From Chiloscyllium plagiosum (lineage: Eukaryota), in the NCBI RefSeq assembly GCF_004010195.1, contig NC_057719.1, positions 46,076,021 to 46,140,020 on the forward strand: a stretch of DNA of 64,000 bases, read 5' to 3'. The notes under the pieces are model-generated. The model was given only the letters and a program-made list of their open reading frames with translations. It made no database searches and was not told the DNA's origin. Positions 25,432 through 39,055 of the stretch are shown piece by piece (position 1 is the stretch's first letter; each line of letters starts with the position of its first letter). The translations under genes and the position numbers were made by a program.

Positions 25432-25597
25432 TGATTTGGAGATGCTGGTGTTGGACTGGGGTGTACAAAGTTAAAAATCACACAATACCAGGTTAGAGTC
25501 CAACAGGTTTAATTGGAAGCACACTAGTTTTCGGAACAACGCTCCTTCATCAGGTGAAAGCTATTACTTCCAATTAAACCTGTTGGACTCTAACCTG
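25432..25597. mobile_element. Second-family PLE hairpin insertion with minus-strand hammerhead motif
   Basis: IR ~25488-25519 / 25567-25598; minus strand CAC-CTGATGA-AGGAGC GTT GTTCC-GAAAAC-TA-GTG at 25522-25556; near-TSD GCATT(C/T)ATTTCA. Confidence 0.7.
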
Positions 25598-25949
25598 GCA
25601 TTTATTTCAGACGTGGTTATTAAGCAACAGCAAAATTCATAATAATAATGCCAGATATGCAGAAACTGTAATTTAGAAAAGCAAAAGATGGATGCTGGAT
25701 ATCTGAAATAAAGACAAATGCAAGTAGAATGGCAGATTTGGCACCAACTATAAAGAAAGAAATAGGCTGAAAATTAACACATAGATGACACTTGAGATAC
25801 TGAGACTATTTCCATGAGAGAAGAAAAAGCTGAGAGCATTTAATAAAAATCCATGTTGTGGGGTGTTGTGAGAATGGACAGGAAACAAAACCTATTGAGG
25901 ATCATAAATTAATTTCACTATGAGCAAAAAGAAAAGCTTCATGATGTTA

Positions 25950-26505
25950 CAGAGTCATACAGCATGGAAACAAACTCTTCAGTCCAGCTCATCCACGCTG
26001 ACCAAGTTTCCCCAAATTAAAACACCTTCTCACTTGTCTGCATTTTGCCCATGTCCCTCTAAATTTCAAAAGTCTTTTAAATTATGTAACTGTACCTGCA
26101 TCTACCACTTCCTCTGGGAGTTCATTCCATATACACTGCGTGAAAAAGTTGCTTCTCAGGTCTCTTTTAAATCTTTTTCCTTTCACCTTAAAATTATGCC
26201 GTTGACCTTTGAACTCTGATTTGCTATTCACCTTATACATGCCCCTCACAATTTTATATCCTCTATAAAATGTCATCCCTCAACATCCTACGCTCTAGTG
26301 AAAATGTCTCAGCTTATCCAGCTTCTTATACTTCAAACCCTCCTGACCTGGTTACATCCTTGTAAATCTTTTCCGCACTCTCTCCAATTTAATAATATCC
26401 TTCCTGTAGCAGGGCAACCAGAACCGTACACAGTACTCCAAAAGTGGCCTCAGCAATGTCCTGTACAACCTCAACGTGATGTCCTAACTCCTAAACTCAA
26501 TGGAA
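25950..26505 (-). mobile_element. CR1 LINE 3' fragment
   Basis: ORF 26082..26276 KRFKRDLRSNFFTQCIWNELPEEVVDAG. Confidence 0.85.
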
Positions 26506-26896
26506 ACATTGGTCCTTCTGAAAGTGATGGGACAAAGCTAATGTGAAAATATTTCAGAGATGACTGCAGTACATAACACCAAGCAAATTATGGCTAAAAT
26601 TCTGTGACAGCCTTGTGCAAGTGCAAGCAATGCAGAACTTTGATACTAGCCCCATGAACTCAATTTAGCATTCTCTCATTAGCTTATAAGCATTCATTCC
26701 AGAAATTCCCCAAATGCTCACAACAAGCTAATTCTTCTTTTTCTAAAACTAATTAACAGGTTGTGATAATTATGATTAGCATGTAACTATTTTACCTTTA
26801 ACAGCGGCAGAGTGAAGGGACTACAAAAAGCAGCGAGAAATCAACATTCTCCATTTATAATAATAAACTTAAAAACCTTAGCTCCAAAACTATATA

Positions 26897-27110
26897 CAGA
26901 GGAATCTCGATTATCCAAATATCAATTATCCAAATATTGGATTATCCGAAGGAGATGTCAAGGTCCCGATAGAAACATTACATGAAAGTGGTGTTTCCAA
27001 CACTGATCGCGCCTTTTTTTAGATTAAAAACGAACTCGGCTTACTGAAATGCTGCCGAGAACAGTCCTGAACATCGATGGGACCCCAGGCACCATCTCCA
27101 AATGACTGAC
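26897..27110 (+). mobile_element. Tigger/pogo-like DNA transposon end
   Basis: TA followed by CAGAGGAATCTCGATTATCCAA with reiterated ATTATCC(A/G)AA subterminal motifs; partner TIR not found. Confidence 0.45.
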
Positions 27111-27267
27111 CTCTCACCGTCCCTCTCTCTCCCCACACTTTCCCTGGAGTTCTACACAGGGGTGTACCCAAAACCCCCCTTCCCCAGATAATCTCTCCAA
27201 CATTTTCCTATACATGGCAAAGTTGGAACTTGTCAAAATGTTGCAATAAAAAGTTGTGTGGGGGGCT

Positions 27268-27324
27268 GCGTGTGTGTGTACGCGCGCGCTGTGCGGCTGT
27301 GTGTGTGTGTGTGTGTGTGTGTGC
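27268..27324. repeat. (TG)n/(CG)n compound microsatellite
   Basis: GCGTGTGTGTGTACGCGCGCGCTGTGCGGCT(GT)n read directly. Confidence 0.9.
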
Positions 27325-27559
27325 ATGTGCGCTCTATTTGGAGACTCACCCCAACCCCCAAAGGCAGCAGTCTTGTTGTTGGTGTCCAGTCCGGCTGCCC
27401 AGTTGGTGTAGAAGGGGAGGGGTCGGTGCAAACAGGTGGCGGGGTTGGGGGCAGGCAGGGGTGGACTGGAGGGCTAGGTGGGGTTGGGTGTGGCCAGACA
27501 GGGATGGCACTCGGCATTGTAATAATTCACTAATCCAAGGAAAGACCTAAGCTCCATTG

Positions 27560-28420
27560 CAGATGTGGCAGCCAGGGCACCATTGATTGCCCTTTCTTTA
27601 TCTTCTAACTAACTCAGTCTTGTTGACTCTGTAGCCTAAGTTGGTCATTTGGGGTGGTAGAAATACATTATTCCCTTCTAAGGTATATGCCTGCCTGGGA
27701 GAAACATCTAAGGACTATGTCCAAGGTCTCTAAGTGCTCCTTATTGGTTTTCCCTGCGAGAAGCATATCATCTAGGCAAATGGTGACCTGGGGTAGACTT
27801 TGTAAAATGCTCTTCCTCATCCACTGAAAAATAGCACAGGCTGACGATAGCCCAAACGGCAGTCTTGTATATTGGTACAAACTCTTATGGCTATTAACTG
27901 TGGCATACTTCTGCGAATCCCCATCTAACCACAAATGCAAGTATGCATTGCTCATGTCCAGCTTCATGAACAAAAGCCACCCTGCCAGGTTTGCGTAAAA
28001 ATCCTCTATACAAGGGATTCGATATTTATCCAGCTGCAAAATGCAGTTTACCGCTTGTTAAAAGATCCCCACAAAGGCGAACTGACCCGTTGGGCTTCAT
28101 AATCAGCACTAGCAGTGCTGCCCATTCCACAAACCGGATTATTTTGATGATTCCTTCACTTTCCAACCTTCTGATGTCTGTCTCAACGTATGCCCATAAG
28201 GCAAATGACACTGGTGGGCCTTGCAGAATCATGGAATTGCTTCCTGGTCAATATGCAAAGTGGCCTTGGCTACTCTGATAGTCCCTAGACCTTCTTGAAA
28301 AACATCCAAGTATTTCATTAGGACCTCACTCAGGCAACCATTTTCTAATTGAAAAATGTTGAGCCAATCTCGGTGAATTTTCCTAGGTGAGTTTTGGCCA
28401 CATAGGCCATGCCCACATTT
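27560..28420 (-). mobile_element. Ty3/Gypsy LTR-retrotransposon pol remnant (RT)
   Basis: EWAALLVLIMKPNGSVRLCGD, KLDMSNAYL, YQYTRLPFGLSSACAIFQ, ICLDDMLLAG; frameshifted. Confidence 0.88.
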
Positions 28421-28714
28421 TTAAATAAACTTGCCTGATTTAAAAAAGGAAGTACATATCTTTTAGGATTTGGTTGGAGCTCCAGAACCCAATTTTGCAA
28501 GGCACAGTTTGTGAAGCCCTAGTATACCCAGTCACCACACCTGACATTTGTAACATTTTTCTGGGACTTCCCAAGCTAAGACTCTATCAAAGTGAGCACA
28601 GATGCTTTATTCATAGTTTACCTATTTGCACCTTCTTCTGATTGAATAACCTGTTCTCCCTACCTCCTCACCTTTCACTCTTAACACAGAGGCCGTACAA
28701 ATGCAGAACAGGTC

Positions 28715-28892
28715 ATGGTTATATAGCACAGAACAGACTCTCATCGATGCCAACCAGATAGCCAAACTGATCTAGTCCCATTTGCCAGCATTTGGCTGTT
28801 ATCCCACTCAACCTTTCCTGTTCATATACCCATCCAGATGCCTTTAAATGTTGTAATTGCACCAGCCTCCACCAGTTCTTCTAGCATCTCAT
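28715..28892 (-). mobile_element. Short CR1 3' end
   Basis: CTAGTCCCATTTGCCAGCATTTGG...CCAGCCTCCACC, inverse of tail at 11150-11270. Confidence 0.75.
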
Positions 28893-30469
28893 TTCTTCCT
28901 CCCTCCAAATTTATTCAAAATTAAACTCAATCCCTAAAACAGAAATCTGACAAAATCTTGCTCTTATAACTCGAAGTATTTGTTTTGAAAAATAAAAAAA
29001 AGGAGAATGTATCAGATGAATGTTTAAAGCTCTGAACTTTGTAACCTTGTACAGCAATGATCAAGTCCAAAGTCTGTACAGATATCCTGTGCATTGTCTA
29101 GTACATTGCTGCATATTTTTGGTGACTCATTCTGCTGGACAAATTTGAGGAATACAAAAGCTCATTTATATCAAATCACGCTGGTTTGGTGTGAAACAGA
29201 CTTTTTCTTTCCTGTTTTTTTGTCATTGTAAGACTTCTGCCAACAGGAAGGAACTGTTACATGGGCAGCAATAACTGCCCTCAAATATATCACTCTTCCC
29301 AGATCGGAAATGCCAGCAGAGTGAAACACAGCTGAACCAGGAATCTTTGAATAGCTTCTCAGTGCAGGTATTTGTATTTGTAATTTTTCACCATTTGGGT
29401 TATCCATGCAAATCGTGGAAACACCATTAACCAATCTCTAAATTGACATCTGGATAATAAAGTAAGGCTTATCAGGAGGTGTGCAACAAAAAGACCCCTC
29501 ACTATTGTGTGTTTCACCCTTACCTATTGCTTGACCAAATATTGTATAAAAGGGGATTTGTACACGTGCCTGCATCATTCAACCACCCCTCAGTGCTTTA
29601 CATACTGAATTTACTGCTGGGTGCCAGAAAATAACTGGATCTCTGTAGGACAGGTCTAAAGATGCTCAAATTCAAACATTTCAATGATTAAAAATGAGGC
29701 TATTCTTCTGTCTGTAATTTATAGCTGCAGCCTTCAAATGAGGCTGAAATTATCTTGAAATTTAGTATTTGTTTAAATAGTAATCTTTTATGATAATAAA
29801 ATTGCAGTTATAACTTTCAATGCCCCCAAACTTGTGAGGTCATGCATTTCACGTGATAAATCAGAGCACACATACATTTTCCAGCAGTAATCAAAGTAGA
29901 TGCATATTACAACTGCATACAGAATGAGTACATAATATCATCAGTTACAATAGGCTCTGTCTCTGTCTCAGGCTAACATTTTCAAAAAAGGATTTCCTCC
30001 TCAAACAACTATTACTTGATCTTTCAAGGCTTCATGAATAGACATGGAGAAATTCACTACTCCCTGAAGCAGTTTGGGTAATGGCAAGAAAGTTGGGAAC
30101 ATACAGGCAACAATGAAAAAAAAAATCAGATTCTCGATGTAGAGAAAATTCTAAGTTTCCCCTTAAGGTTTCATCAAATCTTGTTAAATGAGTGGAGATT
30201 ACCTTACTTCCATGCATTTGCATCTCTTTACTCACTCGACTCACCTCATTTGCATGCAGTGTACAATTCTGCTCCCCTTCGTCAAGAAACAACACAGCAC
30301 TAACTCCTCACATTAAAGTCAGAATGGTAACTTGGAAGCAGCTCGCAGCTCACTTTCGAGCAAGCATATAATCCATCTTCACAAGAATGACCATGTACTC
30401 TCCATGGACACCACCTTCGCTGCCTGCCCTTGTCCGTGGGAGGGCATCAGCAAACCTCCAGGCTCACTA

Positions 30470-33060
30470 CATCATCATGGTGCCTTTGACAAGGTCCCTC
30501 ATGTCAGGCTGATACAAAAGTAACTTGGGATCAACGATCATAACGGATTTGATCACAAAAGGCAGAGGCTGTTTTTCTGACTGGAGATTTGTCACCAGTG
30601 GTCCTCCATGGGGATCAGTGTTGTTTGTAATATATTGGAGGGGAATGTAGGTGGTCTGATGATTAAGTTTACTTGTATATCCGGTGCTCTCGATGTAGTC
30701 TTCTCTACATCAAATAGACCTAGTGCAAACCCGTGGTACAGTGCAGAGAACATCTCTGGTTCATACGCATCAACCAACTCCACCTTCCAATAGCCATCCA
30801 CTGCAACTCCCCCTCCTAATCCCCGGAGGACATATCTATTCTGGGCCTCCTCCACCACCTACACAAGGCCACCCACAAATTGGAGAAGGAATACTTCATC
30901 TTCCACCTTGGGAACTTACAACCACACGGCATGAACATTGAATTTACCAGTTTCCATATCTTCCCTCCCCACCCCACCCAGGTCCAACCTTGACTCAGAT
31001 CCACCCTCTTGACCTGACCTTTCAGTCCATCTTCCTTCCCGCCGACCTATCACCATCACCTCCTACCTTCGCCCATCTATCACCATTCCACCTACCGTTC
31101 CCAAGTCCCACCCCCCAATTTATCTCTCATCCCTCCTTCCCCAGCCCCAGTCCTGAAGGGTCCTGTCCGAAACATTGACACTTTTGCTCCTCAGATGCTG
31201 TCTGAACTACTGTGCTTTTTCCAACTTAATCAACTCAGTTCAGCATCAGATTTGGGGAGCTGTGGATTTTGAGGAGGATTGCTAGAGGATACAGCAGGAT
31301 CTAGATAGTCTGGAGACTTGGGTGGAGAAATGGCAATTGAATTTTAATTTGGACAAATGTGGGGTGATATTTTAGAACATGTAATGCAGGAGGGAAGTAT
31401 ACAGTAAATGGCAAAACTCTTAGAAGCATACAGAGTTATTTGGCCTACATGTCCACAGACCTTCAAAGTGGTAACACAGTGAATAAGGTAGTCAAGAGGA
31501 CATATGGTCATGGAATAGGGTAACTGGCAAGTCATGCTGCAGCTTTATAGAACTTTAGTCAGGTCATATTTGGAATGTGTGTCCTGTTCTAATCGTCAGT
31601 CTATCATAAAAATATGGGGGCTTTAGAGAGGGTACAGAAAAGGTTTACCAGGATGTTACCTCATTTAGAGGGTATGAGCTATGAGAAGAGATTGGACAAA
31701 CTTGATTTGTTTTCATTTCAATGTAGAAGGCTGAGGGGTGACCAGACAGAAGCTTACAAAATTATGACAGGCATGGATAGGATAGATTATCAGAATCTTC
31801 TTCCCAGACTAATGTCATTTACTAATGGCTTAGGTTTAAGGTAAAGGGGCAAGTTTAAAGGAGATGTGAGAGGTAAGTTTTTGTTTTTACACAGAGAAAG
31901 TGCCTGGAACATGCTGCCAGAGGTGGTGGTAGTAGCTGATATAACAGCAACATCCGATAGGCATCTTGACGTATATGAATAGGCAAGGAATAGAAGGATA
32001 TGGATTGCTTAGAGGCAAAAAGTTTTTAATTTAGAAAGACTTGATTTGGACGTGACCATAGGATTTATGGTTAGTAAGTTTGCATATGCCACCAAAATTG
32101 GAAGTATAATTGACAGCAAAGAAGGTTACCTCAGAATACAATGTGATCGTGATCAGATGGACTAATAGGCTGTAGGGTGTCAGATGGAGTTTAATTTAGA
32201 TAAATGTGAGATGCTGCATTTTGGGAAGACAAATCTTAGCAGGATTTATATACTTAATGTTAAGTCCTCGGGAATGTTGCTGAACAAAGAGACCTTGGAG
32301 TGCAGGTTCATAGTTTCTCGAAAGTGGAGTTGCAGGCAGATAGGATAATGAGGAAGTTGTTTGGTATGCCTTCCTTTATTGGTCAGAGCTTTGAGTGTAG
32401 GAATTGGGGAGGTCATGTTGCAGCTATATAGGACATTGGTTAGGACACTTTTGGAATACGGTGTACAATTCTAGTCTCCCTCCTATTAGACAATGTTGTG
32501 AAGCTTGAAAGGGTTCAGAAAAGATTTACAAGAATGGTGCCAAGTTTGGAGGGTTTGAGCTATAGGGAGAGGCTAAATAGGCTGGGGCTGTTTTCCCTAG
32601 AGCATCAGAGGCTGAGGGATGATCTTATAGGAGGTTTATAAAATCATGAGGAGCGTGGTTAGGGTAAGCAGATGACGTCTTTTCCCTGGGTGGGGAGTCC
32701 AGAACTAGAGTGCAAAGGTTTTGGGTGAGAGGAGAAAAATTTAAAAGGGACCTAAGGGGCAACTTTTACACATTGATGGTGGTGCGAGTATGGAATAAGC
32801 TGCCAGAGGAAGTGGTGGAGGCTGGTACAACTACAACATTTAAAAGGCATCTGGATGGGTCTATAAATAGGAAGGGTTTAGAGGGATATGGGCCAAGTGC
32901 TGGCAAATGGGACTAGATTAGGTTAGGATAGACAACATGGACGAGTTGAACTGAAGAGTCTGTTTCCATGATGTACTTCTCGATGACTCAATGCCTTTGT
33001 GTATAGGAACACACTTGGTGTGCCGAAGAGCTTGTTCCTGTGCTGTACTGGTCTTCATTC
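30470..33060 (+). mobile_element. Nested CR1 LINE fragments (at least two copies)
   Basis: AFDKVPH, LERVQKRFTRMLP, KFKRDLRGNFYT..VWNKLPEEVVEAG; second copy starts ~32045. Confidence 0.85.
30672..31240 (+). mobile_element. Penelope-like GIY-YIG + pLTR fragment inserted in CR1
   Basis: YCIRCSRC.L.YI-like start, KLEKEYFIFHLGNLQPHGMNIEF, C-rich tract, decayed CCTGAAGGGTCCTGTCCGAAACATT. Confidence 0.7.
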
Positions 33061-33769
33061 TTTAATCGTTATATGGAGAACGATGAACAGAAAGGGAGGG
33101 TGCAAGGTCACTGGGGACATAGATAGTAACAGGGAACAAGGAGGATTGGATGGGGTAGTCATTCTGTATTTCAGGTGGAGCTAGCAATCTTTGAGACAAA
33201 GTTGAAACTTTGCCATCTTTGATCCAAAGTCAATTGAACGATAATGAGACAAAATGGTTGCTATTGCATGCAGAGTAGGTGGAGTAAATTAATCTCTCTC
33301 TTTGGAGTGTGGGGGTAGGCACTGTTAAAAAATTATGGTCTAAAGTATCATGCCCGGTGCATAGTTTGTAATAATTACCTTATGTCACATAACTAAACCT
33401 CATCAAAATGGCAACTAAAAGTCTTAACCAAGGTTTGCCAATTCTGAACCACTTGGACTGCAACATTTTGGAGCTGCCACATTTACACACACAACTGCAA
33501 GTATGCAAGCACTTGGTCTGTGATGTTCAAGGATAGCCTTATTTGAGAGGAAGGACTGCTATGATAGTGAATTAATGTGCATCACTTCGGTTCTGCAACA
33601 TACATCTGGATAAGGTTACGCAAGGTTTCCTTATCGGGACATGACAATGCCTCCATGCACATAGTAAGGACATAACATGTCATTTTGTAACGACTGATGC
33701 AAGGACTCAGAAGAACTGTTATCGAAATATTGTTCTGTTTGTGACCTTCCCCACAGATTACTAGCTTAT

Positions 33770-34840
33770 GCATCAGACATGGATATTGTAGTCAGTGAAT
33801 TCCTTGTGGCTTTGCTGCACACAGATAAAGACAGTACTGAAGAAGTGAGAGCAATTACAATGTCGTCAAATCCAGCAATCTCTAGTGGCTGCTGGACTGC
33901 CTCTGAAAAGGATGAGGAGCAGCAGCAAAGTGCCCCCAAGGAGGCAGAGAAAGGTGACCAGACCTCACGTACACTAATCTCACAACGATTGTCGTTGGCT
34001 GTCAGGACCAATGATTTCCTTTGCCATCATCACCAAACTGCGTCACCTGCTGCAGTACGTTAAGTACATAGAAAGAATGGACAGTTATCCCAACTCTTTG
34101 ACAGTCAAAGTTACAGCTATGTTGTATTTTCATACCAGAGGCTTGTTTCAAGGAGCAAGTGGAGCCCTGTGTGGCATTCCCAATCCTCAAACCATAAAGG
34201 CGTTTAGGTTATTATTAATGCTCAAGCAACCTGACAATCAGATTCTTTACCATTGTTGAGCTTTCCCTAGAAACAGGATCCTCCAGATTGCATCCATTTT
34301 CTTTTGAGAGTAGCTTATCAGCAACCTGCAGAGTCTGTCAACAGAAAAGGTTTCCTTTCCATTAATGCTCAATTTCTACGTGATCATTGTTGCAGGATTT
34401 GGAGGTCTGTCAGATGTCCTGAGATCAGCATGATACATACACAGTAGAGAACCCGCAGGATTCTACCTCCTTCCAAGATCCCCAGGCCATACAGGAATAG
34501 CTGCTGGAAGACCAGGATTACTCCCCTAAACACGACTTTATAATAATCCTCAGACTGACACAGAACTTTGAATCATAGCAGCCCATCAGGGCTAATGTGG
34601 AGTAGCCCATATGCTTCCTTGAGATGAGATGTCAATGCCTGGACCTCTCCAGCAGGGTGTTTCAGTACAGACCAGAAACAGTGTTCCTCTTCATTGTGGC
34701 ATGCTGTGACCTTCAGAATTGGAACCAACAAATGGGAGCATGTCCTGGATGCATAGGAAATAGGCAACCAACAGTAATCTTCTGAAAATGGAAGATGGGG
34801 ATGAGGATCATGACATTGACGAGGAGCAACGCCCTAGACA
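33770..34840 (+). mobile_element. PIF/Harbinger transposase remnant
   Basis: Fragments VKVTAMLYFHTRGLFQGASGALCGI, NRKGFLSINAQ, LLEDQDY, IVACCDLQN match HARBI1-type DDE motifs; many indels. Confidence 0.7.
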
Positions 34841-35544
34841 GTATGACAGGGCATTGTGTAGTCCAGCAGGAGTACTGAAATCTTCTTTCAACACAAAACA
34901 GCTGGATTTCTTTCATTACATGAATTACTGTTGGCTTTCTGGCAAGCAGTCTCTGGTCAGTCCAACTCCACATAGACCTGGTTATATTTACAGTCCTTGA
35001 ATTTTTCAGCCACTGAAGAAATGTTTCCTTCTGATTATATGCTGGGTACCTTCAGGCAATTCTACACTTTACACTTAGAGAGAAAGTAGTAGTAATTGAG
35101 ATTACGCACTAACATCAGATGGTGCTCTGAGTCGGTTGCTCTCACAGATTCAATCAACATCTGACAGGCAAGTGTTGTGTAGTAAAGTTTCATGATTGTG
35201 AACAGATTGGGAGCAATCTTGAGACACTTCTTTTCCATCCTTCCATTAGCATTCAGCATTTCAGAGTTTATGTAGACTGCTAAATTGTCCCAAAATACTT
35301 GAGCTCCCTATTGGACAATGTTCAACTTGAGAGGCAGCATTTTGTGTAGCTTCTCTCAGCAGTCCACTGAGCTATAAGGGAGAGTGGAGATGCGGACTTC
35401 CCATTGCACATCTCTGCACTTGGAACACAGTACATTCTCTTGAAAAAAGTGATTAGTTAGAATCAACCTGCAGCAATGTGTGGAATTAGTGATTTTATGC
35501 TGGCATTCACAAGGTGGGTATAAGTGCAGATGATCTGTGCAGGG

Positions 35545-36250
35545 CAAGCAGAAATTTCAGATTTCCATTATCCTTTGTGTGAAAATGTACTTCCTGACTT
35601 CAAACCTTAGTGATGTAGCTCTAATATTAAAGTTTCTCAACAGAAAACTTTTTATCCATTTTAAACAGCTCAATTACATCATCCTTCAAACTCTTCCCCT
35701 CTGAATACTTCATAAACAAACCATGGCAAGTGCCATTCCATTGTGGCAAATTTGAATAATAACCCCTCAAAAAAGCAAGTACGTTTCTGTGAAGTTGCAA
35801 TGCTGAAAACTGAATGCAGTATCCCAATTAGGGTCTGATCAAGGCTCTGTACAACTTGACAATCACTTCCTTACTGTTGAATGCCAAAGCCCTTGGAATA
35901 AAGGCCAACATTCCAATGGTTTTTTTGATTTTTGAGAACCAGCTTTTAAAAATCTGTACAGCTGGCAGCTTAGGTTTTAGAAGAGAAAATAGGTTTATGT
36001 TACTAAAAAAAATTCCAATTCTTCTTCAAATCAAAAACTGATGAGCTCACATTTATTAAAATTGAAATATGCTTGGCATTGTTTTGCCCAATTAATCAGC
36101 CTTCTATATCCTTTTGTAGCTTTTTGCTCCCAGATCACAACAAACTGTGCGCAAATCTGAAGACGTAACTCCCAACTTCTTTATCCAAGTCATTTGTAAT
36201 GAATGCTGATATTGAGGTATCTGTACAAATTCCTGAGGAATGGCACTGCA
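35545..36250 (-). mobile_element. Very old CR1 fragment
   Basis: ORF 35627..35827 GYCIQFSA..LHRNVLA resembles CR1 LEYCVQFWSP; GGAATAAAGGCCAACATTCCA. Confidence 0.5.
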
Positions 36251-37149
36251 ACAGAGAATCTTCTATACAACCCTATTCTCTATCTTGCCTCCCACAATCA
36301 TTAACATCACCTGTTACCTCCAATTGTATATGCTTCCATTTTCTAGATGTTACAGGTATATAATACTCAAAATTAAAAACAGGCAGCTTTTTTACAGAGC
36401 CAGTGAAAGGTTCCAACAAATGCCCCCAATCAAATGACCTTCTAAAATACTGGAGCCGTTATTTGAAAAAGGAGCAACCGAAACAAGAACTCAAAAATGG
36501 GTCAATAGTGCTCGGTTTAGCAAGATTCCAAACAATATGTTGGAAGGAATGGAGAAAGAGGGTTCTTCTTCCAAGTACCATAGAAATGCTATAGGATTTG
36601 ATTGGTTTGTAATGCGCAAACTGGCAGCAGAAAAGTGTGAAGGAAAATGGACTGGTTTGTAGATGCTTGGCATTAAGTTAATTTATTAATCTGAAGATTT
36701 GACTTTTGTTAACTATTGAGCATGAAAGTGTGATTTTATATTTTTCAAATTGGTAGTCAGATGCAGTTTTGCATCTAAACTCAGAAATTTTAAATATTGC
36801 CTTATTGTCTCAATGTGAAAAATAAGCATCACTGAAGTTATTAAATTATTGCAATAACTGCAGGACATGGCCACATTTGAATTTTAAGTCATAAACCCAT
36901 TAAGAGACGTGCCCAGAAGGTAAATAGGTGATAAATACCAGCAGGCCATGTATCCTTTACTGATTTAGAAAACTTCAAATAATTAATTAAACCCAGATGA
37001 TCCTCAAGTCGTCTAAACATGTCAACTTTTTCCATACTTCCAACCTAAAATAATCCAGTTGGGAATCATATCCTATCCCCAAAATAGGGACATGAATGTG
37101 TTGTTTTTCATTAAGAATTCAACATTTGTGAAGAGTTGAAGGTGTCAAC

Positions 37150-37402
37150 CTGGGTGTCAGCTATGTTGCATTTCCTTTCGCATCAGAAGATTATGGATTC
37201 AATTTCCATGATACAGACTTAAACATAAAATCTAGCACAATGAAATATTATGGGAATATTACACAGGCAAGAATGCTAATTTTCAGCTGAGCTGTTAAAC
37301 TGATGGCCCATCTAACCTCTCAGGTAGGCAAGTATGATCGAAAGACACTATTTTAAAGAAAAGCATGGGAATGCTCTCTATCGTCCTTGGCAACATATAT
37401 CA
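37150..37402 (+). mobile_element. Deu-domain SINE remnant (SacSINE1/AmnSINE1-like)
   Basis: TGAGCTGTTAAACTGATGGCCCATCT..CTCTCAGGT...CACTATTTTAAAGAAAAGCA..GGGA..CTC resembles the Deu core as recalled. Confidence 0.5.
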
Positions 37403-37494
37403 ATGGTTGCTTGATTGTACAGAACCAGAGTACTGTTGAATAAAAAAAATGAACCTGCTATCAAAGCTTTTAGTCTTACATTTGTCAGGACAGA

Positions 37495-37718
37495 TAGAAG
37501 AAAGAACAAAGAAAATTTACAGTCCAGGAACAGGTCCTTTGGCCCTCCAAGCCTGAGCCAATCCAAATCCACTGTCTAAACCTGTTGCCCATTTCCTAAG
37601 CATATGTATCTCTTTGCTCCCAACCTACTCATGCATCTGTCCAGACGCATCTTAAATGAATCTACTGCATCTGCCTCTACTACCTCTGCTGGCAACGTGT
37701 TCCTGACACCTACCACCC
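37495..37718 (-). mobile_element. CR1 3' end fragment
   Basis: GGAACAGGTCCTTTGGCCCTCCAAG, CATCTTAAATG..CCTCTACTACCTCTGCTGGCAAC. Confidence 0.65.
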
Positions 37719-38833
37719 AGATGCAAGAATACCAAATTCAAAAAGAACAATAATTTATATGGCATTTGATAATGCATGCTGAGTGGTTGGGAAATTTACA
37801 CTGATTAGCCAAAATGTTACCATGGAAAGGATGAGTGCACCAGGGAACAGTTGCCCCCACGCATGCCTAGACAGGTTCATTTAGCTTCCAGCGGACCTGA
37901 ATCAGTGAGCCACATTGCCGGCCCAATCAATTGTTAAATTGGTTGTTATTATAATCTGTAGTACATTTGGGATTGTTCAGCATTTTCAAGTGATTAAAAC
38001 TATGGCAGGTGTTGGGTGGCAGAGGAGGAGGAAAGAATGGTTCTTACAGAAATTAGGCTAATTTTAGGAAATCTTCTGTATGTTCCATACAGATATTTAA
38101 GTTAAGAAACTTCCTGGAAATAAAATTTCAAGAATCACCAAACTGCAAAAATGCTCCCAATCTCACATTAGAAACAGGAGAATTATTATTTGATTCAATT
38201 ATCTATCTTGAACCGCAAGAGTTTTACAGGGTTCCATTTCAGCAAATACTATTCAATTTAGTTGAACTGGGGAGAGCTTGCAAAAATATTTCTTGCAAAT
38301 AACCTCAAAACTTTTAAGGTGAAAAGGAGATAGTTACTCAGTAGGGAAATGAAAGTTTCTGACCAAGGTTTCTATGCACTATAAAATAAGGCATATGAAG
38401 TAAAACTCTTGGGATTAGGTAATTATCCATAAGCCAAGTGATAAGAAATAATTAGTGAAAGACAGAGTACTGTTTCGACCACATCATAACCTATATACAG
38501 CTAAGCAAAACAAAACAGATACACTAAAGCCAACACTACCGATAGTGACAGCATAATGCCATCTCTGATCGAAGGATAGTGAAATGATCCTGAAAATTTA
38601 ATGATATTCAAGTTTTCCAAGTTTGTCTTGGAACAAGGTTGATACTATGCATGCTTAACGTGTTTATATGTTTTGAGGCTGAACAGGTTTGTATGTTTTT
38701 AGATTTTCAACCAGTATATATCCAAGATACTCATTCATAACTTATCAAAGGCAATTATCTCATGCTGTGGGATGAAACAAAATGAAGTTGCATGCTATTT
38801 GTAAGCCAGCAGAAAATGATTTCAGTAAAATAC

Positions 38834-39055
38834 CTGCTTATTTTTATACTTTTTCAAGTAGCGAGGAGACACAAGACATTCTGGATTGATGTCTGTTGAA
38901 TTCTGGTCTGGAATAACTTGAGGATCAGGGTTTAAATGTTGCATCTTCAAAAACGACAAGATATTCTGCACCTCAAGACTATATGAGCTGTCTGCCATTG
39001 TCTTGCCCTTTGATGCTAATCTGCAGGCTGCCATCCATTGTGCATACTGCTTTTC
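38834..39055 (-). CDS. FERMT2: Kindlin-2 coding exon ([25 protein letters not shown]...[14 protein letters not shown])
   Basis: 222 nt, AG/GT flanks, phase 0/0; overlaps ORF 38822..39034. Confidence 0.97.

Noticed and set aside
27114..27550. Cluster of overlapping ~100-aa ORFs
   Set aside because: Low-complexity translation of (TG)n and G-rich repeat sequence
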